A DNA stretch of 64,000 nucleotides from Eledone cirrhosa (lineage: Eukaryota). The notes beneath the pieces were generated by a model. That model made no database searches, was not told where the DNA came from, and saw only the letters and a list, made by a program, of their open reading frames with translations. A program made the position numbers and the translations under genes. Numbering within the stretch: position 1 is the first letter of the stretch; every line of letters begins with the position of its first letter. The stretch is from positions 43,772,001 to 43,836,000 of the forward strand of contig OZ024741.1 in the NCBI GenBank assembly GCA_964016885.1. Reading direction: 5' to 3'. Shown here piece after piece: positions 1 through 15,179 of this stretch.

Positions 1-310
1 ACCATTGAGAAGGAGACTTTCGTCAGAGGGTTCTTCTCACTCGGAGAATATAAAATTCCCGAGTTCAAATCACGAACTGGCGCCATACAGAACTGTTCCC
101 GGATGAGAGTGCATGATAAGGAAACAATCTTGTCTAGTGACGTGTGTAAAGATAGAATGCAAGGGCTGAAAGGTCAATGTCCTGCCACTAGAAATAGCAG
201 CAGTAAAAACGACCAAAATATTATCTCCACCTTACGGAATTTTGTACTCTCCGAGTGAGAAGAACCCTCTGATGAAAGTCTCCTTCTCAAGAAAGACGAA
301 CTGGTGACCG
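1..310. repeat. Inverted pair of PLE pseudo-LTR-like fragments with 5' halves of hammerheads
   Basis: About 5-60 is the reverse complement of about 237-290. Both are homologous to 7860-7985, which leads into an HHR. CTGACGA lies on the minus strand near 20-26 and CTGATGA at 269-275, followed by a weak stem and GAAC instead of GAAAC. Confidence 0.6.
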
Positions 311-1175
311 CATGCAAACACTGATTGCGTAGGACTTACCTCGCCCTCAAACCCCATAACGACTCGGGTGGGTAGACAAGGGCTGATACCGGCCCACTTG
401 CCGAATAAGTTAGGGGAAACCCCAGCTTACATAGGTAGATGTATCTCTTTTCTTTTCCTCTATGTCTTCTTCTTCCCCTGTCTCATCCTAACACTTCCTT
501 CCACCCCCTATTTTTTTCCTCGTCTGCTTTTCCCGTTTCGCCTACCCCGATGCAGCCCATCAAGCCTCTGTAGCATCAGTTCCCCCACCCCTGTAATTTT
601 AAGATAGAATTGGCCGAATACGTTTTACTAACTATTTATAGCAAATGTGTTAGACCCCTTTAATTGTGTATCATTCTTGTTACTACTCCATTTCTACAAT
701 TTGTTTCTATTCTCAACTTACTAACCTCTAATTGTAAGATAGCTTTGTGATTCTTTTTATTCATTTCTCACTATCTAATTTTATATATATATATTTTTTT
801 ATTTCTTTCTATTATCTTTTATTGTCTCCTACTGTCATTCGAATTACCTATTCTATAACCTCCCTCCTCCATTTCATATACTATGCTTAGAATCTGCTGT
901 ATACATATCACTGTCAACGCTTGACCGGCTCCACTCACTCCCCTATTGTTCTATAGGCAAGTTCAGCCACCCCTACCTACCACCTATTGCTACGATAGAC
1001 TTATTTGTGTGTACAACACATTTTAACCAATCCTCTTGACAACTACAATCTTCCCATATAAGGAAGTACCCCTTGACAAGTTCGGCTATTTATTCACCAG
1101 GCTAAAACTTCTAATTAAAGTCCAGAAATAGCCGTCGAAACGGCTTGAGCTCTGCCGTCGGGGTCATACTTTCCT
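311..1175 (+). mobile_element. 3' non-coding end of a Penelope-like element ending in an HHR at (TA)n
   Basis: Pyrimidine-rich UTR-like tract ending in a hammerhead (1061-1175), then (TA)n. The terminus is homologous to 38423-38618 and 43700-43910. Confidence 0.6.
1061..1175 (+). ncRNA. Type I hammerhead ribozyme, U3-A8 core variant
   Basis: aggaagtacccc-TTGACAA(1073-1079)-gttcggctattt...aaatagccgtc-GAAA(1137-1140)-cggc ttgagctct gccg-TC-ggggtcatactttcct. Stems I, II and III all pair. Confidence 0.8.
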
Positions 1176-1199
1176 ATATATATATATATATATATATAT

Positions 1200-1456
<257 letters not shown>

Positions 1457-1614
1457 TATAAGTACGTAGACGTACATACATATATGTATACAGACGTGTA
1501 CATACTTATGTTTAAGTAACAGCCGTACTAAGAGTGGGAAATGAAATTTCGTTTCATTTTTTCCGTTTATATATATACATATATATATATATATACATAC
1601 ACACACACACACAT

Positions 1615-1673
<59 letters not shown>

Positions 1674-2827
1674 TGTTACAATGTAATTAGATATATGTGT
1701 TCACGGGTGAGTACACACTCAATTTAGACAAACATATTATAAACTATTGTTCTGATGCTCTGATTGAAATACACCGATTAAGATTGAATCTAGTTAATTC
1801 CAGGAAACAAATACTAACTTCTAAATATACATATATAATTAAATCTCTTCACTCTTCGCCTCATACCACATGAGTGTGTGTACATATTTTTCATTTTGTG
1901 TTTCTGTACACAAACACTTACATTGATTATAGCCTTAAATCCGATAGAATTTATTTGTAGTGTCAATACTTATGAACCTAGCAGCGATTTCATTTCTTTG
2001 CTTACGATGCTAAGATGCAGTTGAATTACTGTGGAGAGATGTCAAAGTTGAAACATGAGTCTGACTGTGTTTGTGCGCGTACACTTTTGTATCTTTATGT
2101 GTACTATTGCATTCTATTATCCATTCTTCTGTGTATATTTATGTATATAGACGAGAGAGAGAGAACTAGAAGGGTCCGCTTTAAATAGGCCAATTCAGGT
2201 TTATGTAAAGTGGATGTGCACGTCAAACATTGAAGAGACAACTTAGCAGTTAGTTGTGTCCAAAGCATTCGATGGATTTGTATAACATAAGTATATTGAT
2301 GATATGGGATGAGTCACCGTGTATTGTGCATAGGTTCCGTTACAATGAGTAATATAATATATAGAGGATAGCGGAACACATTAGGTAATATTTGTTGAAG
2401 TTTGAAGTAACATTTATTACACAATAAAGTCTCTAACACGTGTTTCAATAGAGATATGCAATCGCCTATCGAAGGTAAATTATAACGTAATCTACTATCT
2501 CGGACTGCTTAAAATTTAGTATCTCGGACTGCTAGTTAAATTCTGCATATCCTCAGAGAGATTCGGGAGAAACTGAAGTTAAGTGGATGATGTCGTGTTT
2601 TATGTACGTAAACTGATTCATCGTCGATGTATCTATGATCAAATATACATGTACATATAAACAAATATTACAAATATATGTGCATGCGTATAATACATCG
2701 ATGAGCAAGTTTAAATGGTGGTAAACAAAACTGAAAATATCCAATAGATTGTATTAAAGGGTCATTAGAAGAAATGGGCATGGTGACAAGTAGAGAAGTA
2801 ACTTTTTTGATAGCTCGTTCACTGCCC

Positions 2828-2973
2828 ATTGTGTGGGAGTTAAAATAAGTAGAAGAAAAATGTATTTAGGAAGAGACGAAAGTTAGAGCCATATATATAT
2901 ATATATATATTGCTCTAACTTTCGTCTCTTCCTAAATACATTTTTCTTCTACTTATTTTAACTCCCACACAAT
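2828..2973. repeat. About 60-bp inverted repeat with (TA)n spacer
   Basis: attgtgtgggagttaaaataagtagaag...gaaagttagagc and its reverse complement flank an (AT)n run. Confidence 0.85.
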
Positions 2974-3399
2974 AATTTCCATAATTATGGAAAAAAAAGC
3001 TAAGGATAAAGAAAGGTAATAGGGTGATATCGAATATTGATATCTATAATATAGGCTGGTTGATGGTGCCAGGCTAGATTAGAAGAGACAGGTAGATTGT
3101 TGACACATTGAAATAAAGAGATATATATGATTGTAATAAAAGTGAATTAATGTGGATGTGTATAGATGCAAAGTTATGTGATCGAATCAAATATAGTTGT
3201 GATAGTTGGTGGTGTACGCGCTGTTTGTTTTGAGAATACCTATTCAAATAATACGTTGTTGAGTCCGTTATCTAAAGAGCAATGTAGTGCAAATGATATA
3301 TTATTAAGTTGTGGTTGGGTGTGTATTACCTAAGCTAGTGTTATAGAACATATATGTTGTGAATCAGCAGTATAGATGAAACGTTCTCTACATAAAAAG

Positions 3400-4140
3400 T
3401 AGGAGAATTTACAGGCGTGGGTTAGTATGGATGGCATTTTGAAAGGATTCTCAATGTGCTATGTTAACAATTAAATATCCTGTCTTGTCTTGCGTTTAAC
3501 AGATGCTATTTAATCATAATCTCCAATACATCTGATGAGCAAATTTCGCAATCTCACCTTTGCCTCTGACAAAGTCTGACATACCTTCAACTAAGCCACG
3601 AGAGCCCATGCCCTACATTATTTTGTTTGAAATCCCAGATTTTGTTCGTAAGCCGTGTAAATTTCCGCAAGTCCGGGCCTTTGAACGAGTGGCTATGTAC
3701 TCATAGCCGCTTAAAAAATAAGGTAGAGGTGGCTTCTACGTATTTATACGTTCAGAAAATAGTTTTAATATCACATTGGGTAACGATATTTTAAAACATA
3801 CATTTTCCCATTAAGGGGCATGTCTATAATTACAGTTTCTGTTGTATATCAATTGGGGTTTGTTTCCGATCGGGTATTTGAGGTGGTAAAATGTTAAGTC
3901 ATTTATTAATCACTTTCGCAATTTGAATGCGTGCTGTTGTTTACCTTGGTAGGATAAGTAAAAATTAGGGTAATTCTATTTATGCTGGTGTCATTTACCC
4001 GTCCAGGTGCAGCTAAGTTACATTTACTATAAACACGGAGACGTTTATGATTCAGTACTGTTATAAAGTTTCCGAGGCTTGCTATAGCAGAATATACTGT
4101 ATAGTTGTATAATAAATGTTTCTTCGAACTTCAACAAATG
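3400..4140 (-). pseudogene. Decayed Penelope-like GIY-YIG endonuclease region
   Basis: Manual minus-strand translation across stops and frameshifts gives NCN..TCPLMGKC..NIVTQC...FKRL.VHSHSFK...RLTNKIWDFK...GDCEICS. This is the same motif order as the PLE endonucleases at 46.2-46.5 kb and 54.5-54.9 kb. Confidence 0.7.
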
Positions 4141-4168
4141 TTGCCTAGTTTTTCCTAATATCCTGTTT

Positions 4169-4354
<186 letters not shown>

Positions 4355-4360
4355 GAGAGA

Positions 4361-4406
<46 letters not shown>

Positions 4407-5616
4407 TATATATATATATATATATACATGTGTGTATGTGAGTGTGTGTGTGTGCCTCATAAAGCATATGTATATGTGTGCATGTTTATGCAAGCATTTG
4501 CATTGTAGTCATTTATACCGACGTGTATATATGTATGTCAATGTATATATATATATATATATATATGCCTATAAATATATCTACACACACATATATATAT
4601 ATATAAAGAGAAAGAAAGAGAGAGGGTGAGAGAGGGAGGGAGAGAATGAGAGAGAGAAATGCATAGACACATAGATAAATAGAAAGAGAGACATGTATAT
4701 AGATAGGTACATGTATGAAACAGAAGTATAATGTTCTGGTGATAAGAGATATTTATTGGTAAGTAGATACATTTCTCAATCAACCATTTGTAGAAATATC
4801 TACTTGGCTTGATTCTTGCAAACATTCACAGTGATATAAGAGAATATAGAGTATGATTTGAACAATATCTAGCCTGAATATAAATCATAATTAATAGCGC
4901 AGGTAAATCATAGATTTATCCAAGCAGAAAAGACGGTTTACGAACAACTATGACAAAAATCGATCTTTTAGTTTTGATCTCCTTGCTGTCTAATCTTCAC
5001 TAACATCACTCAGGATTGTAAGAGGAAGTTGTTGAATATATTATCTGATATTCCAGAGAACAACTTGCTATTATAACTAGATCAAAGTAAATCCGGTGAA
5101 CACAGAACGCGGTATTCATCCAGATTATATTATAGAATGGTTATCACAAAATGGATTCTTTATGGGCGAAGTTCATAAATACTGAAAGAAAGATGTTATA
5201 CAGGTACATTACTTGAATAGTTAATTTTCTGGGCTGTTAACAAACATTAAGGGTTCAAAATCGATTACTACCGACTCCAATATGTTATTCTCTCAGATAA
5301 TTCACCATAAGATTAAAACCTGTAAACTTCTCCCCTCCAGGGTGGTTGATTGAAAACCACTAGAAGGCATGCAACTGTAAATGCAACTGTAAAATAGGTA
5401 TTTCAGTATTCATTTTATGCCAATACACATTATATACGCATTATCTACACATTGTATACACATAGATACATACATACACATCGGTACATATATACATGCC
5501 TGTAAACATCCATCCATTCATACATACATACATACATACATACATACATACATACATACATACATACATACATACATGCGTACGTACGTGCGTACATACG
5601 TACGGGCATAAACATG

Positions 5617-5666
<50 letters not shown>

Positions 5667-5929
5667 TACAACATATTCATAAAAAAATACATACGTACAA
5701 TCTCTCCAACATTTACATATATTACTTTGCTTCTTCTGTTGCGGGGTTTAGTTACTGGAGTGGTTATTTATTAAAAGTGTTCAGTCTGTCGTGTATTTCC
5801 GTTTCACATGTTATACCGATGTCAATGGACACCGAGTTTAACACAAACAAACAAATTATGCATATACACACACACACACACATAAATACATACAGTCATA
5901 TGCACACATACATATATATACGGATATAA

Positions 5930-6000
<71 letters not shown>

Positions 6001-6001
<1 letters not shown>

Positions 6002-6394
6002 GAACCACCTAATAGAATATTAGTCTACGACTTCTTTTATACCATAAACGCGGTTTTGTCTTTGCGTGTAACTGTTTTTCTCCGCTCCAAATATTGACGT
6101 ATTATATTCGTTTTTTCCCGTTCTTTGCCAGGGAACGTTTCCACGAACCAAAGTATCCTCTTCCTGTCTTCCTCCGGTTGCAACGTTTTTTGAATATTCA
6201 CTTCTGCATTCACAGATTCACTTTGTTAGTTTCAGAAGATCCGGTTAAGGGTGAAAGCAGCGATTCTTTGCTTAAACTTTAATCTGTTATTTTAATAAAT
6301 ATTTGCTCTACTGTTCTTATATATTTGATATATATTTATCCTTATCGAGCCCTCTTTTGATTTTAGTCTTCAAATTTATTATTATTACTATTAT

Positions 6395-6400
<6 letters not shown>
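6001..6400 (+). mobile_element. Solo pseudo-LTR/3' end of the PLE family found at 46-49 kb
   Basis: Near-identical to 48657-49052, flanked by (TA)n, and contains an HHR-like fold at 6228-6278. Confidence 0.8.
6228..6278 (+). ncRNA. Hammerhead-like motif with CAGAAGA core
   Basis: agttt-CAGAAGA-tccggttaagggt-GAAA-gcagcgattctttgc-TT-aaact. Confidence 0.55.
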
Positions 6401-6435
<35 letters not shown>

Positions 6436-6534
6436 TATATCGCTTTCTCTCTCTCTATATATATGTGTGTGTGACTGCTGCACGTCATTTAATACTTGAA
6501 CCAAAAGATTTTGCCTTGTTTTTGACTAATAAAT

Positions 6535-7198
<664 letters not shown>

Positions 7199-7211
7199 TA
7201 TATATATATAT

Positions 7212-7252
<41 letters not shown>

Positions 7253-7635
7253 TACACACACACACACACCCACATATATATATATATATATATGGGTAAC
7301 ACGTGCATTGGAACACGCTCGCCGGCTTAGAACAAAACACCTGTTGACGAAATGGCAGCCTTGTTCAATCGTTTTGGTGGCTGATAACATCGTGACCGCC
7401 GTTTTCAGTTTGTTTGGCCTCTATAACGTATGTTAATTGCTCTGGTCTTCTTTTTGTCAAATGAGAGCTTGCCGCATATCTCGATAATTGCGTTTCGCTT
7501 TGTTTTTTACCACAGCCGAAATACGATCCTCTACGCTTCTACGCTTCCTCTTTCATCTTTCTCTCATTACCACCTGATTCTGTTACACAGATATTTACAC
7601 ACCTGCATTGTTGCGGCTTCCACAACGTCTATATA

Positions 7636-7714
<79 letters not shown>

Positions 7715-7961
7715 CGTCCCTTCACGCACAAGGCGCCAAGGTACGCATGTATTGTCCAACCAAGTGCCAATGTGGTTCAATGGCGGGTTAATAAATTAAC
7801 GAGCCAGAACAAATATAAACAAGGTTTAGTAAATAATGAAAAAGTTTCAAAATAAATTTGATAAACCTGTTCTACATCATCCACTCTCATCCCAGGAACA
7901 GATTTGATAGCGCTAGTTTGTAATTTAAATTCAGGAATTTTATATTCTTTGAATGAAAAGA

Positions 7962-8045
7962 ACCTTCTGACGAGAATCTTTCTTTGCAACGAAGGCCGTA
8001 TGGTCTCCGTTTTATTTTTGGGATTCGAAACCGATCGGTAAAGGT
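7962..8045 (+). ncRNA. Type I hammerhead ribozyme (canonical core) in a PLE-like terminal repeat
   Basis: acctt-CTGACGA(7967-7973)-gaatct...ggattc-GAAA(8027-8030)-ccgatcgg-TA-aaggt. Stem III is palindromic, as is typical of PLE HHRs. Confidence 0.85.
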
Positions 8046-8094
8046 AACTATAGTAGGTAAAGTCAATTTTTTAAAATTTATTTTGAAACTTTTC

Positions 8095-9448
8095 CATAAA
8101 CACGCTTGCCATACCAGTAGTAACCTACAGTTACAATGTCATCAACTGGTTAAGCACAGAGATCCGTAGGCTCGATACAAAAATTCGAAAATTCTTAACC
8201 ATGCACAGAATGCATCACCCTAAGGCAGATACAGATAGAATATATCTCCCTAGGAAAGAAGGAGGACGCGCGTAAATCCAGTTAGACATTGCGTTGAAAA
8301 CTGCAACAATTGGATTATCTACATATCTAAAGGTATCACATGATGGGATTATCAAACTCGTTTTGAAACACGAAAGCATCAAAAGATCATACTCCATTAC
8401 AAAAGATGCACAAAGATACAGTAATGGACTACAAATTTCAGAAGTCCCATTTACTGCTGAAATGGAAAACACAGAAAAAGCAAAGCAGGTAAAATAACTG
8501 AAAAGAAAGAACTGCTACAGAAACTGGCTAAGAAATGGCAAGAAAAGCCTCTGTATGGAAAATACCCAGAACGAGCTAACAATCCTGATGTTGACAAAAC
8601 TTTAACCCATCAGTGGTTGGCATCCTCTGGACTAAAATTGGAGACTGAAGGACTGAATATATCAGCACAAGATCAGTGTCTGCCAACAACAAATTACCAA
8701 GCCAACATAATAAAAAATGGATGCAGCCCATTATGCCGTGTATGTAAAAAACAACCAGAGACCATTGACCAGAAAATTAATTTCAACGTGCAGTCCTATA
8801 TCTCCAACCGAATACCTAAACAGGCATGACCGATCTGCACAATACATACATTGGATAATGTGTAAGCATTTTGACCTTCCCCATCAAAAGAATTGGTGGG
8901 AGCATCAACCACCTCCCATACTTGAAAAAGATCACATCTCAATCTTGTGGAACTTTAGTATCAAAAAAGACCGAAAAATAGATGCAAATAGACCTGATAT
9001 AATATTGAAGGACTTTAAAAAGAGGGTATGCCTGCTAATTGATATGTCCGTTCCAATAGACAAGAATGTATCTATAAAAACATTTGAAAAATTGAGCAAG
9101 TATAAGGACCTGGGGATAGAAATTGGAAAAATGTAGAAATTGAGAACTAAAACATTACCAGTGGTTGTAGGCGCTCTAGGAATGATACCTAAGGGGTCTA
9201 ATGATTACTTATCGCAAATCCCAGGAAACCCGCGTATAGGAGAAATACAAAAGATAGTACTAATGGGAACTGCCCATATACTAAGGAAGATTCTGTCAAT
9301 ATAAGTACATCACAAGTCTAAACACCTAAAGATGCATGTGTGAGTATGTATGTTCTTTCTTGAACATGGCGGACCTTGTTGTCTCTTGAGGTCACTGGTT
9401 GTGACTTGATGATAACTCGCATGAACACAAAGCAAGATAAATGCAACT

Positions 9449-9450
<2 letters not shown>
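8095..9450 (+). mobile_element. 5'-truncated R4/Dong-clade non-LTR retrotransposon (RLE type), disrupted
   Basis: HHPKADTDRIYLPRKEGGR, ETEG..SAQDQ, CRVC zinc knuckle, RHD, NRPDII..DMSVP..EKLSKY, and a 3' (AAT)n tail at 9450-9543. Confidence 0.92.
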
Positions 9451-9545
<95 letters not shown>

Positions 9546-9819
9546 TTTCATTTATTAGCCACAAGGGCCGACATGTAGGGGACAATACAAAGACAGGGAC
9601 AGTGGGGGTTTACAATAAGGTCGAGTAAAAGTGCGCAACGGCAAGACTAATTTAACAATGAAAATATAAAACTATAAAATAAACTATGCATAAATATAAC
9701 AAAATAAATTCCCCCATAGGGGGTGGACGACCCTGGGGTGATTCGGGTACCCCACCAATCCTGAACCACCGTGCGCTTAGGGCACCCAGGAAAGCACCCC
9801 TCTCCTCAAGTTAGCCAGC

Positions 9820-12800
9820 CTATAGGCGCATGGTCAGAGTAGGTCCATTCACACGAGCCATTCTAGCCACATTCACCCACCTTTTAGCAAATGTACTGGG
9901 GGGCAGCACTTCTCTCTCCACCATCACCCTCCTTTCCAGGTGAAACTTGAAGAAGTTGATGAAGGATTGGCCGAAGAGAAAAGTGTCTGTCTTTAGTCCT
10001 TTCAACCTGGTCCACCATATAATCTCTTTCGCAACTGCCACCAGACAGAGGAAAAATTTCCTGCTCTTCCTGACCTAAGGAAGGTGGCGGCTCGATCTTC
10101 ACTATGGACTCGGCTGATAGCCGGATTCGTTCCACACGCGACAGTAGCTGTTCGACATAACTCCACAAGTCAGTAATGCACGGACATTGGACAAGTGCGT
10201 GCAGAACGGTTTCGTCGTTCTGTGCGCATCTTGGCCAGGTCCACCTGACAGCACTTCCGTGCCTGTAGAGTTTATCCCGAACCGGCAGTGCCCCCCGGTA
10301 GCACTGCCAAGCGAGGGATTTCTGGAAATTGTCCATCGTCCCCGGCTCAAAAGTCCTCTGGTACAGACTGGTCAGTTCGACTTCGTCGAGGCCCAAAGCT
10401 TCTCCGAGTGCGTCATCGCACTTGCCCACCACTAATCCTCTATAGAACTCGAGAGTGGAAGTTCCACTGATCGCATTGCCCGCTTGGTAGAGGGCAGTGA
10501 GTGTCTGGAAACATTCCAGGTGCCAGTCACCCAGTCTCGGTCTCTTCTTGACCCAGGACTGCAGCTCAGTCAAAGAAATGAGCTGCGGAAAGGCCCGTCT
10601 GATAAACGGCGACCACACCTGTTCACCATTGAGGCAGAATATCTGGAGATGTCGCAGCCTCAACGCATATCTGCGCATCATTGGCCACGGCATGCCCAGC
10701 CCTCCGCGTAGAGGGTGCTGGCAGCAGATGGACCGCCTCACCAACGGAACTTGTCCCCTCCACAAGAATTTGAAGAGGAGCCGTTCCAACTTGACGAGGC
10801 GCGGACGGGGGCAAGGCACGACGGTTAGGCGGTAGTAGATGACGGACGCGATGTACGCATTCGCCACCTCCGCGCGACCTTTCAGTGATAGCTTCCTCCC
10901 AGCCCATTTTTGGGTGAGACTGGCTACTCTGCTCGTTACCACGTCCCAATTCTTTTCCACCTGGAGGTCTGGTCCGAACCAAACCCTGAGCAACTTTACT
11001 GGTCCGTCCGTCCAGCGCCCCACGACGCTGTTGGACGGCATGGGCTTGCCTCTCCAGGTTCCGAGCTGCAAGCCCCCCGACTTTTCCGGGTTAAGTTTGG
11101 CTCCTGTCAACCTTTCATATTCCTTCAATAAGGTGCCGACCACCTCGATTTCTGAGGTGTTCGACACCATCACGGTGATGTCGTCCGCATAAGCCGACAC
11201 CGCCTTTCCACGTCCCGGTTCGAGCGGGATGCCCTGCAACAGCTCCAGCTTCCGCAGTAAAGGCTCGAGAGTCAATACGTACAGAAGGGAAGAGAGAGGG
11301 CACCCTTGACGGACCGATCGGGAGAGCCGAAATGGTTCCGAGAGGTGGCCATTAACCTTGACCACCGAGCGTGTGCCGCTGTGCATTGCAGCGATCCAGC
11401 TTCTAAAGACAGGGCCGAAGCCAGCTGCTTTGAGGACAAACTCCAGATACCGATGGTCGAACCTATCGAATGCTTTCGATTGATCTAAATTGATCAGTGC
11501 TCCACCGAAGACAGGTTTACACCCTAGCCTCTCTATGATGTATCGCATGAGGTGGAGATTGTCGTGTATGGACCTGGCTGGGATTGCGCAAGTTTGCGCC
11601 TCCCCAACCAAATCCTCGACGACAAGCGCCAATCTCTTTGCCAACCCCTTGGCCAAAATCTTAGACTCTGTGTTGAGCAGAGTTATGGGCCTGAAGTTGT
11701 CTAATGTATCTCTTGTTCTCGTCTTTCCTTATCAGCGTCACCACTCCCCTGCTCACAGAACTGGGAATACTCCCATTCTGCTGCCAGTTACAGTAGAGTG
11801 CTTCGAGGAGTTCGGAGAACAAGTCTGGCATATTTACGTAAAGCTCGTAGGGCAGGCCATCCAAACCGGGTGACTTGCGCCTCATGCAGCCGACAAGGGC
11901 GTCCTGAATTTCGGCTGAAGTAATCGGCCTTTCGCAGCGCTCAGCGTCGACCGTCGAGATGCGCGGCAAGCCGTCAAGGTAGGGACTGAAATCCGCTACT
12001 CTCTCTGACTCGCCACTCTCCCTGAACAACCGAGCAAAGTGCTGGCGAAAGGCCTCACACATCCGTTTGGAATCGCTTATCTCGTGTCCGTCTCGGTCCA
12101 CCAAAGACCGAATTATGGTTTTATTACCACTCTGCGCCACCGCCACGCGGGCCCATCGAACAGCTTTAGTTCCCTCGTTTCTCAGCGCACGCGCCTTAGC
12201 TCTGACAATGCAACCTTCGTGTTTGGCATTGAAGAAATGGTCTAATGCCATTCTCGCCGCTAGCACGTCAATTGTTATGCCACTACAAATAACCTCGTCT
12301 AACTTATCTACCTGCTCCCCCTCCTTTCTATTTTTCTCTAACGCTAGTTCTTTGCTGAACTCTATCGAAGTTACTCTAATCTCTCTTTTGAGAGCCCCCC
12401 ACCATCTGTTGTTGATGATCCCCCCTGTCAACTTTTGCTTAACTAACTTGTTGACTCGGTCCCTGTAAGCCTTACGTGCCGGAAATGACATGTTCAACTT
12501 CCAGTAACCCGGTCCTAACCTACGCGTTTTATTTAGGTCGACCGTACAGATCACAAATTTGTGATCTGAATAGGCGACCGTTTTAAAAAGTGGACAGCCC
12601 ACACTATTTCTATCTATTTTCCTAATGAAGATTCTGTCTATATACGATCTAGATGACCCCATTCGGTTGATCCATGTCCATACTGGCACATTGGGGAAAT
12701 CTAGTCGATACCTGTCAGACAGTTGGAACTGGCTGAGTAGGTGCTTGAGGCTTTTGCACCCCCCGCTCCTATCGGCTATTCCCACACAATCTCAGCGTGC

Positions 12801-13242
12801 GTCTAAGATGTCATTCCAGTCCCCCGCTAACAGTAAAGGGCGAGACGTACCCAGAAAGGTCTCCAGGAGCCTAAAGAAGTCAGGTCGTCCGGCCCCTGTA
12901 GGGGCGTAGACGGCCAGCAGTCTAAAGGCACCACCTTCGCTACTGCTCACATCCAAGACCACCAACTTACCGTCCGGGTCCCGGAAGATCGACCTTACCT
13001 CGAGATCCAGTCCTTTCCTAAACAGCACTGCCCCCCCCCCCCCATATTCCCGGCCTGCTAACAGATGGGAAGATCTGATAGTCGTCGAAAATGGGGGCTA
13101 GCGCGCGCGTCTCGGAAATTCTGGTCTCGATTACGGCAATCACATCCAGTTCCAGCGACCGGAGGTCGTTGAGCAGGTGACCCTGCTTCCAGGGTGACCC
13201 CAGGCCGCGAACATTTAAACTTCCTACTCTTAATATGGCCAT
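9820..13242 (-). pseudogene. Tx1 ORF2 (AP endonuclease, reverse transcriptase, C-terminal Cys motif), frameshifted
   Basis: GSLNVRGL, AVYAP, AGDWN, SYIDRI, SDH, GYWKLN, KSPGLDGLPYELY, LDQSKAFDR, VRQGCPLS, YADD, PRC...ETVLHALVQCP. Split over five ORFs. Confidence 0.93.
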
Positions 13243-13279
13243 ATTGGTAAGCTAAGAGAGAGAGAGAGGGAAGGTTTAC

Positions 13280-15179
13280 TTACCTCCCGGGTTCGACCTC
13301 CATGGTTGGTGGGGTTTCTTTTGGGAACCCCTTTAAAAGTCTTGATGTGGGTTTCACATTCGGGTTTCCCACGTCTTGAGGAAAGCTCTCTCGAATTTCT
13401 TTGAAGGAATTGAGTGACATTCGGACCAGAAGCAAATCTTCTGGCACGCAAAATGTGCTCATTTCAAAAATCTCTCCCTCTGTTTGAATGTCCTCGCTTC
13501 GCGCTAAGAGGGCCATCAGTTTATCGTTGGCCCTTCTGACAAGCACGAAGTTTTTAACATTTTGTTGGTGTGGTTTTATTTGTTTTCGTTTTGGTGAAGG
13601 TGGTGGAGATTGTTTTGGTGGTGTTGTTTCGGGTATGTCTATGTTTGTTGTAGGTGTGGTGTCTGCAATTTCAGGTATTTGTGTTTATTTGTACTTGTGT
13701 TTGTTTAGATTGTTTGCGTTTCGGGGATTGTGGAGGTGGTGTCGATGTTGCTGATGGTGCTGATGTTATTGGGGAAGTGTTTGCATTAGTGGTGTCTGTA
13801 TTTTTTGTTGTGTGTGTTTTTGTGTTTTGTTGGGGGGGTTTTTTTGTGAGTTTTCTCTGTTTTTTTGCAATTTTTGGTTTTCCTTCATCTTCGCTGCTGG
13901 AAGACAAAGGGTCTGTGTCTGTGAGTGTCTCTGTGTCTGTGTGTGCGTTTATTTTTGTTTGTCTATGTGTATAATTGGGGGGGGGAGCTTTCCTCGTTTT
14001 CTCCTTGGATTCGTTTTGGTGTTGGTGGTGATCCGGCTGCTTTTGATGTTGGTGTCCGTGTTTTTGTTGATGTTGTTTTTGGTGGTGGTGGTGGTGCAGC
14101 TTTCCGTGCTGACACTGGCGTTGGCAACAAAGGAGGTTTGCGACCCCCTGCATTTTTGCGCTGACGGCAGAAGGCTTGAAGATGCGTTGCTTCCCCGCAA
14201 ACGAAGCAGCGTGGCCTTCTTCCGTCAATCATTAGTTGGATTGCTGTCCCGTCCTGCAGGCGGGCAAAATCTGGGATGTTATTCATATCCTCCGGTTTCA
14301 TTTGGAGAAGTATCTCCAAATCCATTCCGGACCAGTCCTCTCTCTCTGTCCTTTTGATGTCCAGGAGGGTGGTGTCTGTCCCCTCCTCGATTACGCATCC
14401 CAGCAGCCACCATATGTTCATTCCTGGTGGGATGCTGGGAATGTGTACCTTCACTGTCCTTTTACCCATATAGGACGGATGTATGATAATCCGTTCCGTT
14501 CTGCAGGGGGTCACCGAGTGCTTAATAGCGAGGGCCTCGGTTTTGAACAGTACCGAGATGGTACCGAACTGTTTGCCTCTTGCTTTGTACTCTATGTTAC
14601 TTCCGATGTACTCCAATGCAGCCTCTACCTCTGCTTGGCTCGCAAGTTCCACTTTTCGTGTATGCACCGAAATACATCGAAAGAGCACCGTCCTCCTTTG
14701 CATGGCCGCTATTGCCTCGTCCGGGATGGTCAGGTTTGCCCAGGACTTCTCCCGTTTAATTAGCCTCCACGCTTTGGCCAACTGTTCGTCTTTATCGCTA
14801 ATATCAATATCAATATTCATAAGCGCTTTGTTTTTGCTTCTGCTGCAGCAAATGTGGTGTTTCTGATGCTCTTATTGTTGTTGTTGTCATTCTTGCTGTT
14901 GCCACCGCCATCCTTGTCTACATTGAAGCTGTCGGTGTTATTGTCGTTATTGCTCTGAGTTGTTGTTGTGGTGGTGGCGGTGGTGGTGATGTCGTTTTCA
15001 CATAATACTGCTGCTATGGCAGAAGGTTGTGATGGTAGCTTTTTAGTTTTGCCTTCACATTCAGTAGAGTGGATGACAGGCATGACTGTAGCCGTCGTAG
15101 TCGTGGTGAAATATGCAGTGGCTGCCTTTAAACTTTTGACCTGAACGTTGTTTACCGTTTCATGGTCGAAAATTTCCAT
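13280..15179 (-). pseudogene. Tx1 ORF1 (gag-like, CCHC zinc knuckle), frameshifted
   Basis: ORFs 14817-15179, 13963-14820 (RPRCFVCGEATHLQAFC), 13671-14228 and 13280-13546 are collinear upstream of ORF2. Confidence 0.8.

Noticed and set aside
3525-3560. CTGATGA as a possible hammerhead
   Set aside because: No GAAA or stem III follows. It is the antisense of the PLE endonuclease C-terminal coding sequence.
13028-13045. Programmed frameshift at the poly-G run in Tx1 ORF2
   Set aside because: A homopolymer indel is more simply explained by slippage or sequencing error, and the ORF has other lesions.
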